Below, one piece after another: positions 8,201-17,011 of a stretch of DNA of 21,458 nt (its first letter is position 1; each line of letters starts with the position of its first letter). The notes beneath the pieces were generated by a model. It did not search any database. It was not told the DNA's origin and worked only from the letters and a program-made list of their open reading frames with translations. The position numbers and the translations under genes are program-made. The stretch is from Myxococcota bacterium (GTDB lineage Bacteria > Myxococcota_A > UBA796 > GCA-2862545): NCBI GenBank assembly GCA_039208735.1, contig JBCCQY010000165.1:1-21458 (forward strand), in the 5' to 3' direction.

Positions 8201-11016
8201 AACCCCGGGTCGACCCGCATGGAATAGGCCACCGTGTCGCAGGCCGTGGTGTCGATCGGGCGGGTCACGACTTGGCCGCCCCCGTAGAGCTGGAGCACCT
8301 TGTTGCCATAGACGGGGAAGTTGTCGTTCCCCAGATCAACGCGGCCCGAGAGGCTCTGCCAAACGGACGGAATCGGCAGGCCGGACTGAAAGTCATCGAA
8401 CAGGCCCACCCCATCTCGACCCGAACAATCCGTGTCGATTCCGTCGCCAAGCAGGTCGGGGGCATGTGGATGGACGGTCGCGTCCGCATCGTTGCAATCG
8501 GGTCCCAGATCGCAGTCATCGCCGTAGCCGTCTTGGTCGACGTCCGTGCAGTCCTGACAGGCGTCGAACGACCACAGAGCGGGAGAGTTGTCGTCGCAGT
8601 CGAAGTTGTCCTGCCACAAATCCCCGTCCGCATCGGGGTCGCCACAGCCAACGAAGACATTGTCAACGTGAAACGCCTGTTGTGCAGTTGCCGGAGCCCT
8701 CGCCGTGCCCTGGATGCGCACCCGGAGGTCGGAGCGGAAGGCTTCGGGATTGGCGAGGTTGCCCGTTAGCAGCAGCGAGCCAAACTCGGGGGCGTCGGGC
8801 TGGAGGAAGGGAATCCACTCCTCACCGTTGAAAAAGGCGACCTCGAGCATGTCTTCGGCTTCAGCGGTGTCGCGGAAGCGGAAGGTGTACTCAATGGTCG
8901 GGCAGTTTGTGGTGTCGATGGGCTTCAGTGTCATCGTGGACGAAGGGTCGATCTCGATGCTGTAGTCGTCGCGCAATGGCGCTCGGTACTCGAACCGCCA
9001 GGGTTCGGCGGGCCGGTCCCAGATGACGTTGGAAAACGCCTGGTTCTCGAACCGATCCCGCCACCCTGGTCCATCGGTGCTCGAGCAGTCGCTGTCGATA
9101 CCGTCGCCATAAGGGTCGGGGGCTCCTGGGAAGAATGCTGCGTTGCTGTCGTTGCAGTCTTCTCCGCGGTTGCATCCCACCCCAAAGCCGTCACCATCGA
9201 GGTCTTCGCAGGTCAGGCAGTCCGACCAGCGCTCGGCTTCGAGCGGATCACAGTCCACGGCATCGATGACGCGGTCTCCGTCGGAGTCTTCGAGCGATGG
9301 GTCGCAAACGATGTAGAGTTCGTCGATGTAGACATCATCGAAGCTTCCCGAACCGGTGATTTCGAGCTGGAGCGCAAACGCGGAATTCCGAGCTGCGGCA
9401 TCGCGCAGTAGGCTTTGCTCGAGGCTGAAGAAGCGCGCCACAGTCGACGGTTCCGATAGGCCTGCAATGCGGCGAAACTCGATCCAGGCGGCGCCATCCC
9501 AATACCGCAGGATCAGATCGTCGCTCGTGTCGAGGGTCACCTTTTCGAGCTGGAAGAAGATGCCAATCTCGTGGCAAGCGCTCGCGTCCATAGACACGGT
9601 CTCGGCCATCCCGCCCGGACGAAAGAATAGCGACCATTCTCCTGCCAAATGCTCGTCCGTCGACATTCGAGCACTGGCATTGCTGTTGGCCCACCTTGTG
9701 GCGTCGAAGGTGCCGCTCTCCATGCCGTCGTAGAACAAGGTGAGGCCGAGGGCTGAAGCATCGTCGTACGGATCGAGGGGGTCGAGGCCACTTCGAAGTT
9801 CGGTCCCGTCGGAGAGCCCTCCGCCATCGGTGTCGGTCAGGCTCGGATCGGTACCATGAACCGTGACTTCGATTCCATCGGCAAGCGAATCGCCATCGGT
9901 ATCGGGATTCCCTGCGTCGGTGCCCAAGAGCAGTTCCGCATCGTCCAGAAGTCCATCTGCATCGGTGTCGTCGAGCAGCGGGTCGGTGCCATGGAGCGTG
10001 ACCTCGGCCCCATCGTCCAGGTTGTCTCCATCGGTGTCGGACTCCAACGGATCGGTGAGCCAGATCAAGACCTCGTCGCCATCGTCGAGGCCGTCCTGAT
10101 CCGTGTCCGCCAGGGCCGGATCCGTATTGGTTTGCAATGCCTCAACCGGGTCGGTGAGGCCGTCCGCATCCGAGTCGACACGCACCGGGTCGCTGCCCCA
10201 AACGTTTACCTCTTCGCCGTCGCTAAGGGTGTCTCCGTCTGTGTCGGATTGGGTCGGATCCGAGCCAAAGACGAACATCTCGGCGAAATCGTCGAGCCCG
10301 TCGCCATCCGTATCGAACAACATCAGATCGTCGAGGGGATCGAGCGGATCGAGGCCCTCCATGACTTCGGTGCCGTCGCCGATGCCGCCCATATCGGTGT
10401 CATCGAGGTCAGGTCGGGTCTGGTGGACGTTGACCTCGGCCCCGTCGAGCAAGCCATCGTTGTCGGTGTCGGGATCAAGCGGGTCGGCTTGCACCTTGGC
10501 TTCTTCGCCATCATCGAGCCCGTCGTCGTCGGTATCTGCGTCGTTGGGATCGGTCATCCCGTCGAGTTCGACCTGATTGGTCAGGCCGTCGCCGTCATCG
10601 TCGAGCAACTGGGCATCGTCACTGGGGTCGGTGGGGTCTCGGCCCGCTTCGACCTCAAACCCATCGTCAGCGCGTCCCCCGTCCGTGTCGGAAGCGAGCG
10701 GATTGGTTCCGTGAACGTTGACTTCGTCGCCGTCACGAAGCCCATCGCCGTCTGTGTCAGGGTTGAGCGGATCGGTGCCTCCCTCCACCTCCGGGCCGTC
10801 GTCGAGGCCGTCGTCGTCGGTGTCGGGACGGTTCGGATCGGTGCCCAGGCGCTTCTCATCCGCATCCCGCAGTCCATCCGCATCGGTGTCGACGTCGACC
10901 ATCGGAGGGCTAGGGGGGCCGGCATCCTGAGATTCCGGTCCGCAGCCGACAAACAGTGGGAACACCAACCAGCGCACAACCCCTCCAGTGGCGCGAAGTA
11001 TACGCGGCCGCGCCAT
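5299..11016 (-). CDS. Giant (1905 aa) surface/secreted repeat protein: bacterial TSP3-like Ca-binding repeats, then 7 jelly-roll (reelin-subrepeat/MAM-like) domains separated by 6 Cys-rich MopE-like 'putative metal-binding' linkers
   Basis: Lipobox-like LFVG-C; 16 DTDxDGLxDxxE...TDP units; 7 domains of pattern F-x-D-x-F...W...D-x3-C...FRLR...ID-x-F-x-VGC; 6 linkers DxDGDG...DC...CxxC-x-DxDGDG-x-G-xx-C...DCxD...PGA-x-D...DGIDxDC. Confidence 0.9.
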   Translation of the reverse strand: MARPRILRATGGVVRWLVFPLFVGCGPESQDAGPPSPPMVDVDTDADGLRDADEKRLGTDPNRPDTDDDGLDDGPEVEGGTDPLNPDTDGDGLRDGDEVNVHGTNPLASDTDGGRADDGFEVEAGRDPTDPSDDAQLLDDDGDGLTNQVELDGMTDPNDADTDDDGLDDGEEAKVQADPLDPDTDNDGLLDGAEVNVHQTRPDLDDTDMGGIGDGTEVMEGLDPLDPLDDLMLFDTDGDGLDDFAEMFVFGSDPTQSDTDGDTLSDGEEVNVWGSDPVRVDSDADGLTDPVEALQTNTDPALADTDQDGLDDGDEVLIWLTDPLESDTDGDNLDDGAEVTLHGTDPLLDDTDADGLLDDAELLLGTDAGNPDTDGDSLADGIEVTVHGTDPSLTDTDGGGLSDGTELRSGLDPLDPYDDASALGLTLFYDGMESGTFDATRWANSNASARMSTDEHLAGEWSLFFRPGGMAETVSMDASACHEIGIFFQLEKVTLDTSDDLILRYWDGAAWIEFRRIAGLSEPSTVARFFSLEQSLLRDAAARNSAFALQLEITGSGSFDDVYIDELYIVCDPSLEDSDGDRVIDAVDCDPLEAERWSDCLTCEDLDGDGFGVGCNRGEDCNDSNAAFFPGAPDPYGDGIDSDCSSTDGPGWRDRFENQAFSNVIWDRPAEPWRFEYRAPLRDDYSIEIDPSSTMTLKPIDTTNCPTIEYTFRFRDTAEAEDMLEVAFFNGEEWIPFLQPDAPEFGSLLLTGNLANPEAFRSDLRVRIQGTARAPATAQQAFHVDNVFVGCGDPDADGDLWQDNFDCDDNSPALWSFDACQDCTDVDQDGYGDDCDLGPDCNDADATVHPHAPDLLGDGIDTDCSGRDGVGLFDDFQSGLPIPSVWQSLSGRVDLGNDNFPVYGNKVLQLYGGGQVVTRPIDTTACDTVAYSMRVDPGFAANAVFQYLLDYWDGTDWRSVIDDVDENLGETLEGSIRGPGVFATDFRLRLRNPYPDPTVSGFRFDDFFVGCGAPDGDGDGVGDDLDCDPTDSTLWTACGRCSDSDGDGYGTDCNLGRDCDETDATIHFGAPDPIGDGIDTDCDGFDGPGFFEDLELDEPDPLQWRSWAGDASLLGDPGDRYVRLHDPAQLETTGIDVRSCTAINWHLTATAEAELERDAELTLSYFNGFGFVPTFMWPGEREAFERRRLVGTIDDPAALRADFAMRLDVEGGSQVAFDIHDFGFACVENDADQDGIRAELDCDDGRPFVVTTCETCLDVDGDGFGRDCDLPEDCNDGDSSIFPGAALDTFGDGIDQDCDGADGQALLTDNFEEPLRPQRWVVIADDLSRTPSYRTEGHFGLKLGALDDALPSGVLESRLLDASACNEVAYRFDIRLGELERTFPNVGEDVVLALGTGAGLTEIVRVEGANASAPWRRFEGLFPAGANVANLHVQLRHTASDEPLFVIDQFSVGCSDGDGDGDGVPSALDCNDTDPMQWSSCGRCIDDDGDGFGVRCDFAADCDDTDSLVHPGAADPIDGIDQDCSGADGPGFHDDFELRRLDPIVWDLNSVSGAVYYSDTVPELYPNRPYVFAGDAWLDLASLPRLETNDLDTRACSAVAWGFLAEDVWLVEDQPVVDVEWWDGASWNLIDQFGQGEEVTPRFGLLTDPAAFRSDFRLRFVGSDLLTSFYDPTRIDGFRVGCAGNDNDLDGVVELLDCDDSDAFQQFRCHSCTDEDGDGTGELCDLADCDDADALRYPGALDVVGDGVDQDCTGVDGPDVFVGFEPVVPAPIWEAVRGEGWRTDRQAHSGSYSLSMAGLTWAESIAFDTSGCSALEWSYRARRGPQLPESGDDLFFEWYDAAAGAWVNADTVFGGSNDFGFVLRSGTIADPSAFDVEFRFRFRSDMGSLISDQTHIDDISMVCAP
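9760..10890 (-). repeat. 16 intragenic Asp-rich Ca-binding repeats (about 22-23 aa each)
   Basis: Counted from the translation, from [12 protein letters not shown]... to [25 protein letters not shown]. Confidence 0.88.
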
Positions 11017-11040
11017 GTCGGGAATTCAACAATCGTGTTG

Positions 11041-11076
11041 GGCGGGCGGAACCCTCCTCAAGTGGGTTGTCCCGCC
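11041..11076 (-). terminator. Imperfect GC-rich hairpin between the protease and giant-protein genes
   Basis: GGCGGGCGGAACCC ... GGGTTGTCCCGCC immediately after the protease stop. No clear U-tract, so it may be an mRNA stabiliser or a weak terminator. Confidence 0.35.
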
Positions 11077-11080
11077 TCGA

Positions 11081-12496
11081 TCAGAACTGGATGTAGCCGT
11101 TGCAGTGCAGATTCTGTGAGAAGCTGCCCCCACAGCTGCCATTCTGCCAGACACCGGTATTGGTCGACTGATCTTCGGCCTGGCGGCGAACGTCGTCAAG
11201 TTCCACCCAGTCGACGTAGGCATCGCGATTGCCGTTGTCGTTGTCAAAGCGGATGCGCACGTCGGACCACGAGACGGAACCTGTGTAGTCGAAGCGCCGA
11301 GTTGCCCAAGAGGTGCTCAAGTTGCTCCACGTTGCGACGGTCGAGCCGTTGATCTGCAGACGGAGTCGTTCGCTGCCATCACGTCCGCGCACTCGGGCCT
11401 CGATCTTTGTCGTGGATGAACCAGGCGCTTCACACACGTCCACCGCCGAACTCCACCCGTAGGCAGGTCCCACGTCGGTTGCGCAAACCAGCCCTGAGGC
11501 GCATTCCCCAGGTTCACAATCCCCTTCCCCGGCAAGACATGGTCCGCAGTCCTTGCAGTAGTCCCAGTCGCCAGGTTGCCATGGGCAGCTCGACGTCGTG
11601 GCTTCGCACACGTCCACCGAATTGGCCCACCCGTAGTTCGCGCCAACATCGTTGACGCATTGCGTCCCCACAGCGCAGTCTGCGTTGGAGTCACAGTCCC
11701 CGAATCCATCGGGACACGGATCGCTCGGACTGCAGTAGCTCCAGCCTGGAAAGATGCTGCGCAACGTCGGGGAGTGCGACCACAACCGCTCGATGCGCAT
11801 CGCGCTGTTCCCCGAGTTGCTGCTGTTGTTGCATCCCGCGTTGGTGTGGACGCCGACGAGCCGCCCGTTGTCTCCAATGACGCCGGAGCCCGAGCTGCCA
11901 AAGGTCGTGTCGACGCCGTGTCGGAACCAATTGTTGTTGAACGAATTGAAGTCCACCACGGGTCCCGCATGGACCACCTTCGGGACTCGGGAAGGGTGTT
12001 GGATGAGCGCGACCGTGTCGCCGACCGAGTAATCTGAGTGGTGAATGGGGACGGTTCCAAAGACGGATCCCGCGTTGCCATCGAGGCGAACGATGGCGTA
12101 GTCCCAGTTCGTGTTGTCTTCCTGCTCGAGCACTGCGGTAACGGTGTAGTCGGTGGTCGGACGGGGGTTTCCATTCGGATCATTTTGGTAGTTGAAGCGA
12201 ATGGCGTCGCCGACTGAATATCCGCAATGCCCGGCAGACAGAAACAGGTCCGGCGCGATGAGCGTACCCGTACACCCTGGCACAACATGGTAGCCAACGG
12301 CTTGTTCATGGGTGTTCACGAAGTTGATCGAAACGCCCGCCGTACCGTCATACGATTCGACATCTTGAACATCCCAGGTCGGGCCGCACTGTGACAGTGC
12401 CGGGTCGTCCTCTAAGACCTCGATATACCGGTCTTCTTCAACCACACAGGCCGCCATCCAAACGGTGGCACTCAACGTCAGCAGCATTCGATTCAT
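11081..12496 (-). CDS. Trypsin-like (S1) serine protease lipoprotein with two Cys-rich repeats and a C-terminal CBM60-like module
   Basis: CTGTLI...LSAGHC (His), WDYAIVRL (Asp), DTTFGSSGSGV (Ser), IQHP. Lipobox MAA-C from ATG 12496. C-terminus 'RVRGRDGSERLRLQING...DNDNGNRDAYVDWV...RQAEDQSTNTGVWQNGSCGG...LHCNGYIQF' matches the CBM60 pattern. Confidence 0.9.
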   Translation of the reverse strand: MNRMLLTLSATVWMAACVVEEDRYIEVLEDDPALSQCGPTWDVQDVESYDGTAGVSINFVNTHEQAVGYHVVPGCTGTLIAPDLFLSAGHCGYSVGDAIRFNYQNDPNGNPRPTTDYTVTAVLEQEDNTNWDYAIVRLDGNAGSVFGTVPIHHSDYSVGDTVALIQHPSRVPKVVHAGPVVDFNSFNNNWFRHGVDTTFGSSGSGVIGDNGRLVGVHTNAGCNNSSNSGNSAMRIERLWSHSPTLRSIFPGWSYCSPSDPCPDGFGDCDSNADCAVGTQCVNDVGANYGWANSVDVCEATTSSCPWQPGDWDYCKDCGPCLAGEGDCEPGECASGLVCATDVGPAYGWSSAVDVCEAPGSSTTKIEARVRGRDGSERLRLQINGSTVATWSNLSTSWATRRFDYTGSVSWSDVRIRFDNDNGNRDAYVDWVELDDVRRQAEDQSTNTGVWQNGSCGGSFSQNLHCNGYIQF

Positions 12497-12758
12497 CGGA
12501 CAATTCCCCCTGCTTTGGGACGCACGCCGGATCGGACGACGCGAAGTTGCGCCTTCCGACGGGTTGATTCGGGCATGCACTCGTCACGCTAGGAAAAATC
12601 TGGCTTACCTGGCCTTACATGTGTGCGGAGCTTGTTGCTATGGGCGTCGTCGGGACGGCGGTGGAAGGATCGGGCAAGCGGTCAATGGGGGAATTGGTTT
12701 TGCACAACGAGGGGGAGGGGGGGCAAGGATGGGAAGCGAAGTCTGGTAGCCTGTCGCG

Positions 12759-15398
12759 GTGACTCAACCGCTTCCGATGTTTCGTCAGCCACTGGGGCCC
12801 TTCGCGGGCCGAGATCAAGAACTGCGAGTCTTGGGCGATGCACTGATCGATGAGGGGTCGCTCGTCGTCGTCACCGGCATGGGAGGGATCGGCAAGTCGC
12901 GCCTCGCCGCAGAGTGTGCGCTGCGCTGGGAGGGTTCGGTACTCACCTTGACTTTGGATGGAGCTACCGAAATCAATGATGCCGTTCGGTCATTTTCGTC
13001 GATTCTTCAACCGGACGCACCCTTCGAGGATCTGGCCAAGGTCGTCCAAGAGCTTCGCGTGCGTGGCCCCGACTTGCTGATCCTCGACGGGTTTGAAGCG
13101 ATGGCCCACCATGGGCCTGAAATTTTGGGTCAATTGCGAACGTCGGGGGTGAAAATGCTTGTCACGTCCCGCATTCCGATTGCGTTGGTTCGACAACGAC
13201 GGCTTGGCTTGACACCGTTGTCGCGAGATGACGCGCGGCAGGTCTTGCTCGGTCATGCCAGACGCCATGATCTGTCGTTCGATGCGAATTCTGATCCGAT
13301 GGGCATGAATCGCCTTCTCGAACACCTCGATGGGGTGCCTCTCGCGATTGAACTCGCCGCATGCCGGCTGCGAACCTTCACACCAAGCCAGCTTGCCAAG
13401 CGACTGGATGCGGGGATGCGGTGTCTTCGATCCGACGCGATGGTCGATCGGCATGCCAGCATTGTGGGCATCTTGGACTGGTCGATTCGCCAGCTCCCAC
13501 CATCGGTGCGCAACGCATCGCTCGTGCTCGCGGCGGTGGAGGGTCCACTGTCGCCCGAGGTCGCCGAAGCCCTTCTCGATGAGGTGAAGCAGGAGCGAGA
13601 CGGAACGGAAGGTCTTGAGGCGCTCGACTGCTTGCTCGAACGTGGCTTGCTGTATCGCTCAGATGAGCGACGGGACCAGCTCGCAATGTTGGGCATCGTT
13701 CGTCGAGCCCTGCTTGCCGGAGCATCTGTAGCCGAACGGACCCAAGCATTTCAGCACCATGCTGCCTTCTTTCTCAAGCGAAACGCGGGCATTGCTCAGC
13801 CGGACGCCTTGCTGGTCCACCTGCTTCGTGGAGGCGGGGCGGAGTCCCATCTCGCGGACCTGCCGCAGCTCGAGCGAATCGTCGAGAGAAGTGGGCTGCC
13901 CATGGCTACCCGTGTGACGGCTTCGTACGCGGTATTTAGCCTGCTGGTCCACCACCATCCGACGTGGCGGTACGATTCACTCGCCCAACTGCTTGCCGAG
14001 GCGGTGGAGGATGAGGAGCCTACGACCCGGGCGCGGGCGTGGCTGGTTTACGCGCACGCTGCCGTCATGAATCTGTTTCCTTCGCCCCCTATCCACGAAC
14101 TTGCGAGCGGCTATGAGGTCCTGTTGTCCCAGGGTGATGAGGAATCTGCGGCTCAACTGGGCTACTTCGTGGGCCGAAGTGGAGGCGCTCCGAAGGGCTT
14201 TGACATCGCCGCGGCCCGAACCCGCGCTGCCCGAGCGAAGGGGCCGGTCTCGCAACTCTGGATGCACTTCGATCGCAATCGGCACTTGTATCTGCTGTCG
14301 CGACCCCATGCGTTGGACCTAGTGGTGCGCTCGCAGCTCGACGCAAAGGCCTATCCGGTGTTGTGCGACCGATGGACGTTTCATCGTGCGGCGCTGTTGC
14401 TCGAACGAGGTCGATTTGTCGAGGTTCGACGACTGTTGCTTCGAGCGGACCGTCGTCGGATGCAACCCACCGATCGGATCATTCTCGAGTGCCTCTTGGC
14501 GCGCACTGCATTCGCAACGGACAGTGTAGACCTGGCCCGGGAGCGGCTTGCCATTGCTGAAGCAATCGCGACGGACAATGGCATCGGCGATCCGTTTGCC
14601 GGAGTCTTCGCCCGGACTCGGTGGCTTGTGGCGTTGTCTGAGGGTCGCGCTGTCGACGTGCTCGCGGAGAGCCAACAGTTGCCGCCTGGACCCCTGGTGG
14701 CCAGCAGTCAACAGCGGTGGATGGAAGGGCTCGCCTATTTGATGCAGCGGGACCCAGATACTGCCGAAGCCGTGGTTTCCGTGGCGTGGCGCAAGGGCCA
14801 ATGGCCGTCCGACCGTGCCCTTGAAGATGGAATTCGGGCGCTTGTTCATGCGTGGCGGGGAGAGGCTTTGGAGGCTCAACGGGCGATACGCGTCGCGCAG
14901 GGGCGTTCGATGTGTCGGCGGTCCTATCGGGTCCAGGCTGCGCTGCAGGCGATGGCCGAGGTGGCGAATCGATGGCTTTGCACACCCATTCACGGGTTGA
15001 CCGATTCCAACTGCGCGCCGTATTTGGCCGCTCGCGCGGTGCTTCCCCTGAAACACGTACGCCCCGATGCTTCGCCATCGGTATTGCGCGTGGACCCGGA
15101 GCTGCGTTGGTGTGAGGCTCCATCCGGAGTACGACTCGACCTTGCCCAGCGGCCCGTATTACGCCGACTCCTTGCTGAATTGGTGACCGCGCGTCTTGAA
15201 CAACCCGGGCGTGTCGTGCCCGCGGAGCAGTTGATCACCGCAGGCTGGCCTGGGGATCGTTCAAGCACCAAATCGCTACGAAATCGGCTTTGGGTTGCAC
15301 TTTCTCGTTTGCGGCGACAGGGGTGGGAAGGCGCGATTGAGCGGGTGAATTCCGGCTACCGGATTCGCGCCGACCTGCCGTTGCAGCAGGTGCCTTGA
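12759..15398 (+). CDS. STAND/NB-ARC-type ATPase transcriptional regulator with helical (TPR-like) middle and C-terminal OmpR/PhoB-type winged HTH
   Basis: FAGRDQEL, Walker A GMGGIGKS, Walker B LLILDGFE, LVTSR, LDGVPLAIELAA, RHASIVGILDWS; C-terminal 'PGRVVPAEQLITAGWPG...RNRLWVALSRLRR...GYRI'. Confidence 0.88.
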   Translation: MTQPLPMFRQPLGPFAGRDQELRVLGDALIDEGSLVVVTGMGGIGKSRLAAECALRWEGSVLTLTLDGATEINDAVRSFSSILQPDAPFEDLAKVVQELRVRGPDLLILDGFEAMAHHGPEILGQLRTSGVKMLVTSRIPIALVRQRRLGLTPLSRDDARQVLLGHARRHDLSFDANSDPMGMNRLLEHLDGVPLAIELAACRLRTFTPSQLAKRLDAGMRCLRSDAMVDRHASIVGILDWSIRQLPPSVRNASLVLAAVEGPLSPEVAEALLDEVKQERDGTEGLEALDCLLERGLLYRSDERRDQLAMLGIVRRALLAGASVAERTQAFQHHAAFFLKRNAGIAQPDALLVHLLRGGGAESHLADLPQLERIVERSGLPMATRVTASYAVFSLLVHHHPTWRYDSLAQLLAEAVEDEEPTTRARAWLVYAHAAVMNLFPSPPIHELASGYEVLLSQGDEESAAQLGYFVGRSGGAPKGFDIAAARTRAARAKGPVSQLWMHFDRNRHLYLLSRPHALDLVVRSQLDAKAYPVLCDRWTFHRAALLLERGRFVEVRRLLLRADRRRMQPTDRIILECLLARTAFATDSVDLARERLAIAEAIATDNGIGDPFAGVFARTRWLVALSEGRAVDVLAESQQLPPGPLVASSQQRWMEGLAYLMQRDPDTAEAVVSVAWRKGQWPSDRALEDGIRALVHAWRGEALEAQRAIRVAQGRSMCRRSYRVQAALQAMAEVANRWLCTPIHGLTDSNCAPYLAARAVLPLKHVRPDASPSVLRVDPELRWCEAPSGVRLDLAQRPVLRRLLAELVTARLEQPGRVVPAEQLITAGWPGDRSSTKSLRNRLWVALSRLRRQGWEGAIERVNSGYRIRADLPLQQVP

Positions 15399-15407
15399 GG
15401 CATCACG

Positions 15408-15821
15408 TCATCGCACGATCAGGATGCCCAAAACCGCCAGCATTTGCGCCATGTTGATCCAGACCGAAAGCCGATGGCCACGGTCGAACTTCAACGTAGC
15501 GGACGAATCGCCTGCCAAACTGGCGTCCCGCCATTCGTTGATCCTCGGAACGAGCCATTGGCGCACCATCCAGGTGGACCCTGCGACACCGAAGAGAAGA
15601 GCTGCATGCCAGGGTTGGATGGCGAAGGTGCTTAGCGCGGCCGCCGTCGCCGTCGCAATGACGAAAGCGTAGTACCGAGGGAACAGGCTGCGCAGGAACC
15701 GGCCGGCATCGGTGGGCTCGAGCACCTTGAACACCAGCGGTGCCACGATGCTTGGAAGAAACACCATTCCTCCGAATAAGCTCGCGATCATGATGTCGGA
15801 TAGGGCATCCAGGATCTGCAC
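15408..15821 (-). CDS. DUF4149-family membrane protein
   Basis: GGMVFLPSIVAPLVFKVL...AGRFLRSLFPRYY...LVPRINEWRD...FDRGHRLSVWINMAQ. Start GTG 15821 after GGAGG. Confidence 0.85.
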   Translation of the reverse strand: MQILDALSDIMIASLFGGMVFLPSIVAPLVFKVLEPTDAGRFLRSLFPRYYAFVIATATAAALSTFAIQPWHAALLFGVAGSTWMVRQWLVPRINEWRDASLAGDSSATLKFDRGHRLSVWINMAQMLAVLGILIVR

Positions 15822-15872
15822 GTGACCTCCCGTTGGCCGGCGTATCTCAATCGCCCAGACGTACAATTCAAT

Positions 15873-15893
15873 TGAAATTGATTTTCAATTTCA
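15873..15893. promoter_or_regulatory. Fur-box-like palindrome 2
   Basis: TGAAATTGA-TTT-TCAATTTCA, a perfect 9-3-9 inverted repeat; core 17/19 identical to the box at 21385. Between the divergent DUF4149 gene and the 15917 ORF. Confidence 0.75.
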
Positions 15894-15916
15894 GTAGAGT
15901 GCGGTGAGAGGACAAC

Positions 15917-16123
15917 GTGCTGTTGATCTACATTGCGCTTGCCTGTGAGCCGTCGCACTCCACCACGCCCCCGATCCCGGGAGAGTCGGAGGAGTTGAAG
16001 TCTCCGCCCGAGGGAGTGCCTTCCTACTGCGCTCCGCTCGACCTGTTGACGTCTCAAGTTCCGACCGCCCTACGGCGTCCCCTTTGTTCAACGGCGACTT
16101 CGGTGATCGACGTTCAACGTTAG
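15917..16123 (+). pseudogene. Short lipoprotein-like ORF, probably a truncated remnant
   Basis: GAGGA RBS plus GTG; MLLIYIALAC lipobox and Pro/Glu/Ser linker, then no recognisable domain before the stop at 68 aa. Confidence 0.4.
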
Positions 16124-16191
16124 TGACGACCCCACGGCGTGCGCTTGCGACGTTCTCCGAATGCCGTCAGTATTTCGGCGGAGGAGGCGCG

Positions 16192-16878
16192 ATGGCGGAG
16201 TTACTCGACCCAAAGCTCGGGTGGCGGGCCGCGTTCGGGCTTGTCGTGACAATCGTGCCACTTGTGATGCTCGTCGGCCGGCGGGACCCTCCTGCGTGGA
16301 CGATGCTGCTGGTTGGGCTGTCTTTCGCGGTCACCTACCCGCAGGATTCTTGCTATTCCAGCTTGGTTCCGATTCCGCTGGACGAGCAAGGGCTGGCCAT
16401 GCTCCATCGTTTGCCGGTATGGGCGTCTGATTCCGGTCGATCCTTGCCCTCGTCGGCTGTTTCGCGCGCCCGGGTCGGCGAGATCAGGATTCCGACGAGC
16501 CGGGACCTCCGGCCTGCCTCGGCAGCTTTCGGGTCGCGGTGGGTTTGCTTTTCTTCGGCATCGTTGGGAGCAGTGTCTTCTTCGGCCTGCAGTTGGGGAC
16601 GATCGTGCCGTGGGAGCCCGCGTGGCGGTTGCTGCTTCAGCTTCCGTTGGCGGTGCTCTCACTCCGAGGAGGAGCCAGGCTAGACCGAATCCGACGCGCC
16701 AGCGCATCGCTTGCGCTCTTCGCGGGAGCGTTGCGGACCTTTCGCGGTGGGCCTTGGGATCGGTCGGAACTGGACCGCGCAGGAGGCGTTCGACATCTGC
16801 GCGGACGACCCTGAACTCGGCTGCGTCGACACGCACAAGCACCGCTCCGAGAGCTGGACTGCCCTGTTCTTTCCATGA
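16192..16878 (+). pseudogene. Frameshifted membrane-protein gene
   Basis: Strong GGAGGAGG RBS plus ATG 16192. Hydrophobic protein-like text runs in frame 1 to about 16425, frame 3 from about 16431-16740 (SILALVGCF...VAVGLLFFGIVGSSVFFGLQLG...), then frame 1 from 16741 (FAVGLGIGRNWTAQEAFDICADDPELGC...) to TGA 16878. Confidence 0.5.
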
Positions 16879-17011
16879 GGACTATCGCATCGGGTTTCCC
16901 GCACGGGTCGTTCGGTGGTCAACCGACTGGCCATGTTCCTCGCTGGGATGGTCACCGTAGTGGCCTGCTCCAGGGCCGGCCCGACGGCTAGGCCTGCCCC
17001 TGACTCCACAC

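Noticed and set aside
9760..10890. Periodic DNA repeats as a possible CRISPR array
   Set aside because: Repeats are degenerate, in-frame and protein-coding; no identical repeat/unique spacer structure and no cas genes.
9856..11352. 498-aa plus-strand ORF (also 6920-7873, 10103-10576 and others) over the giant gene
   Set aside because: Antisense shadows of the Asp/Gly-rich repeat gene (Val/Ile- or Ser/Pro-rich text); typical in high-GC DNA.
12672..12733. G-tract cluster (possible G-quadruplex) upstream of the STAND regulator
   Set aside because: Irregular, long loops and high-GC background; no independent support.
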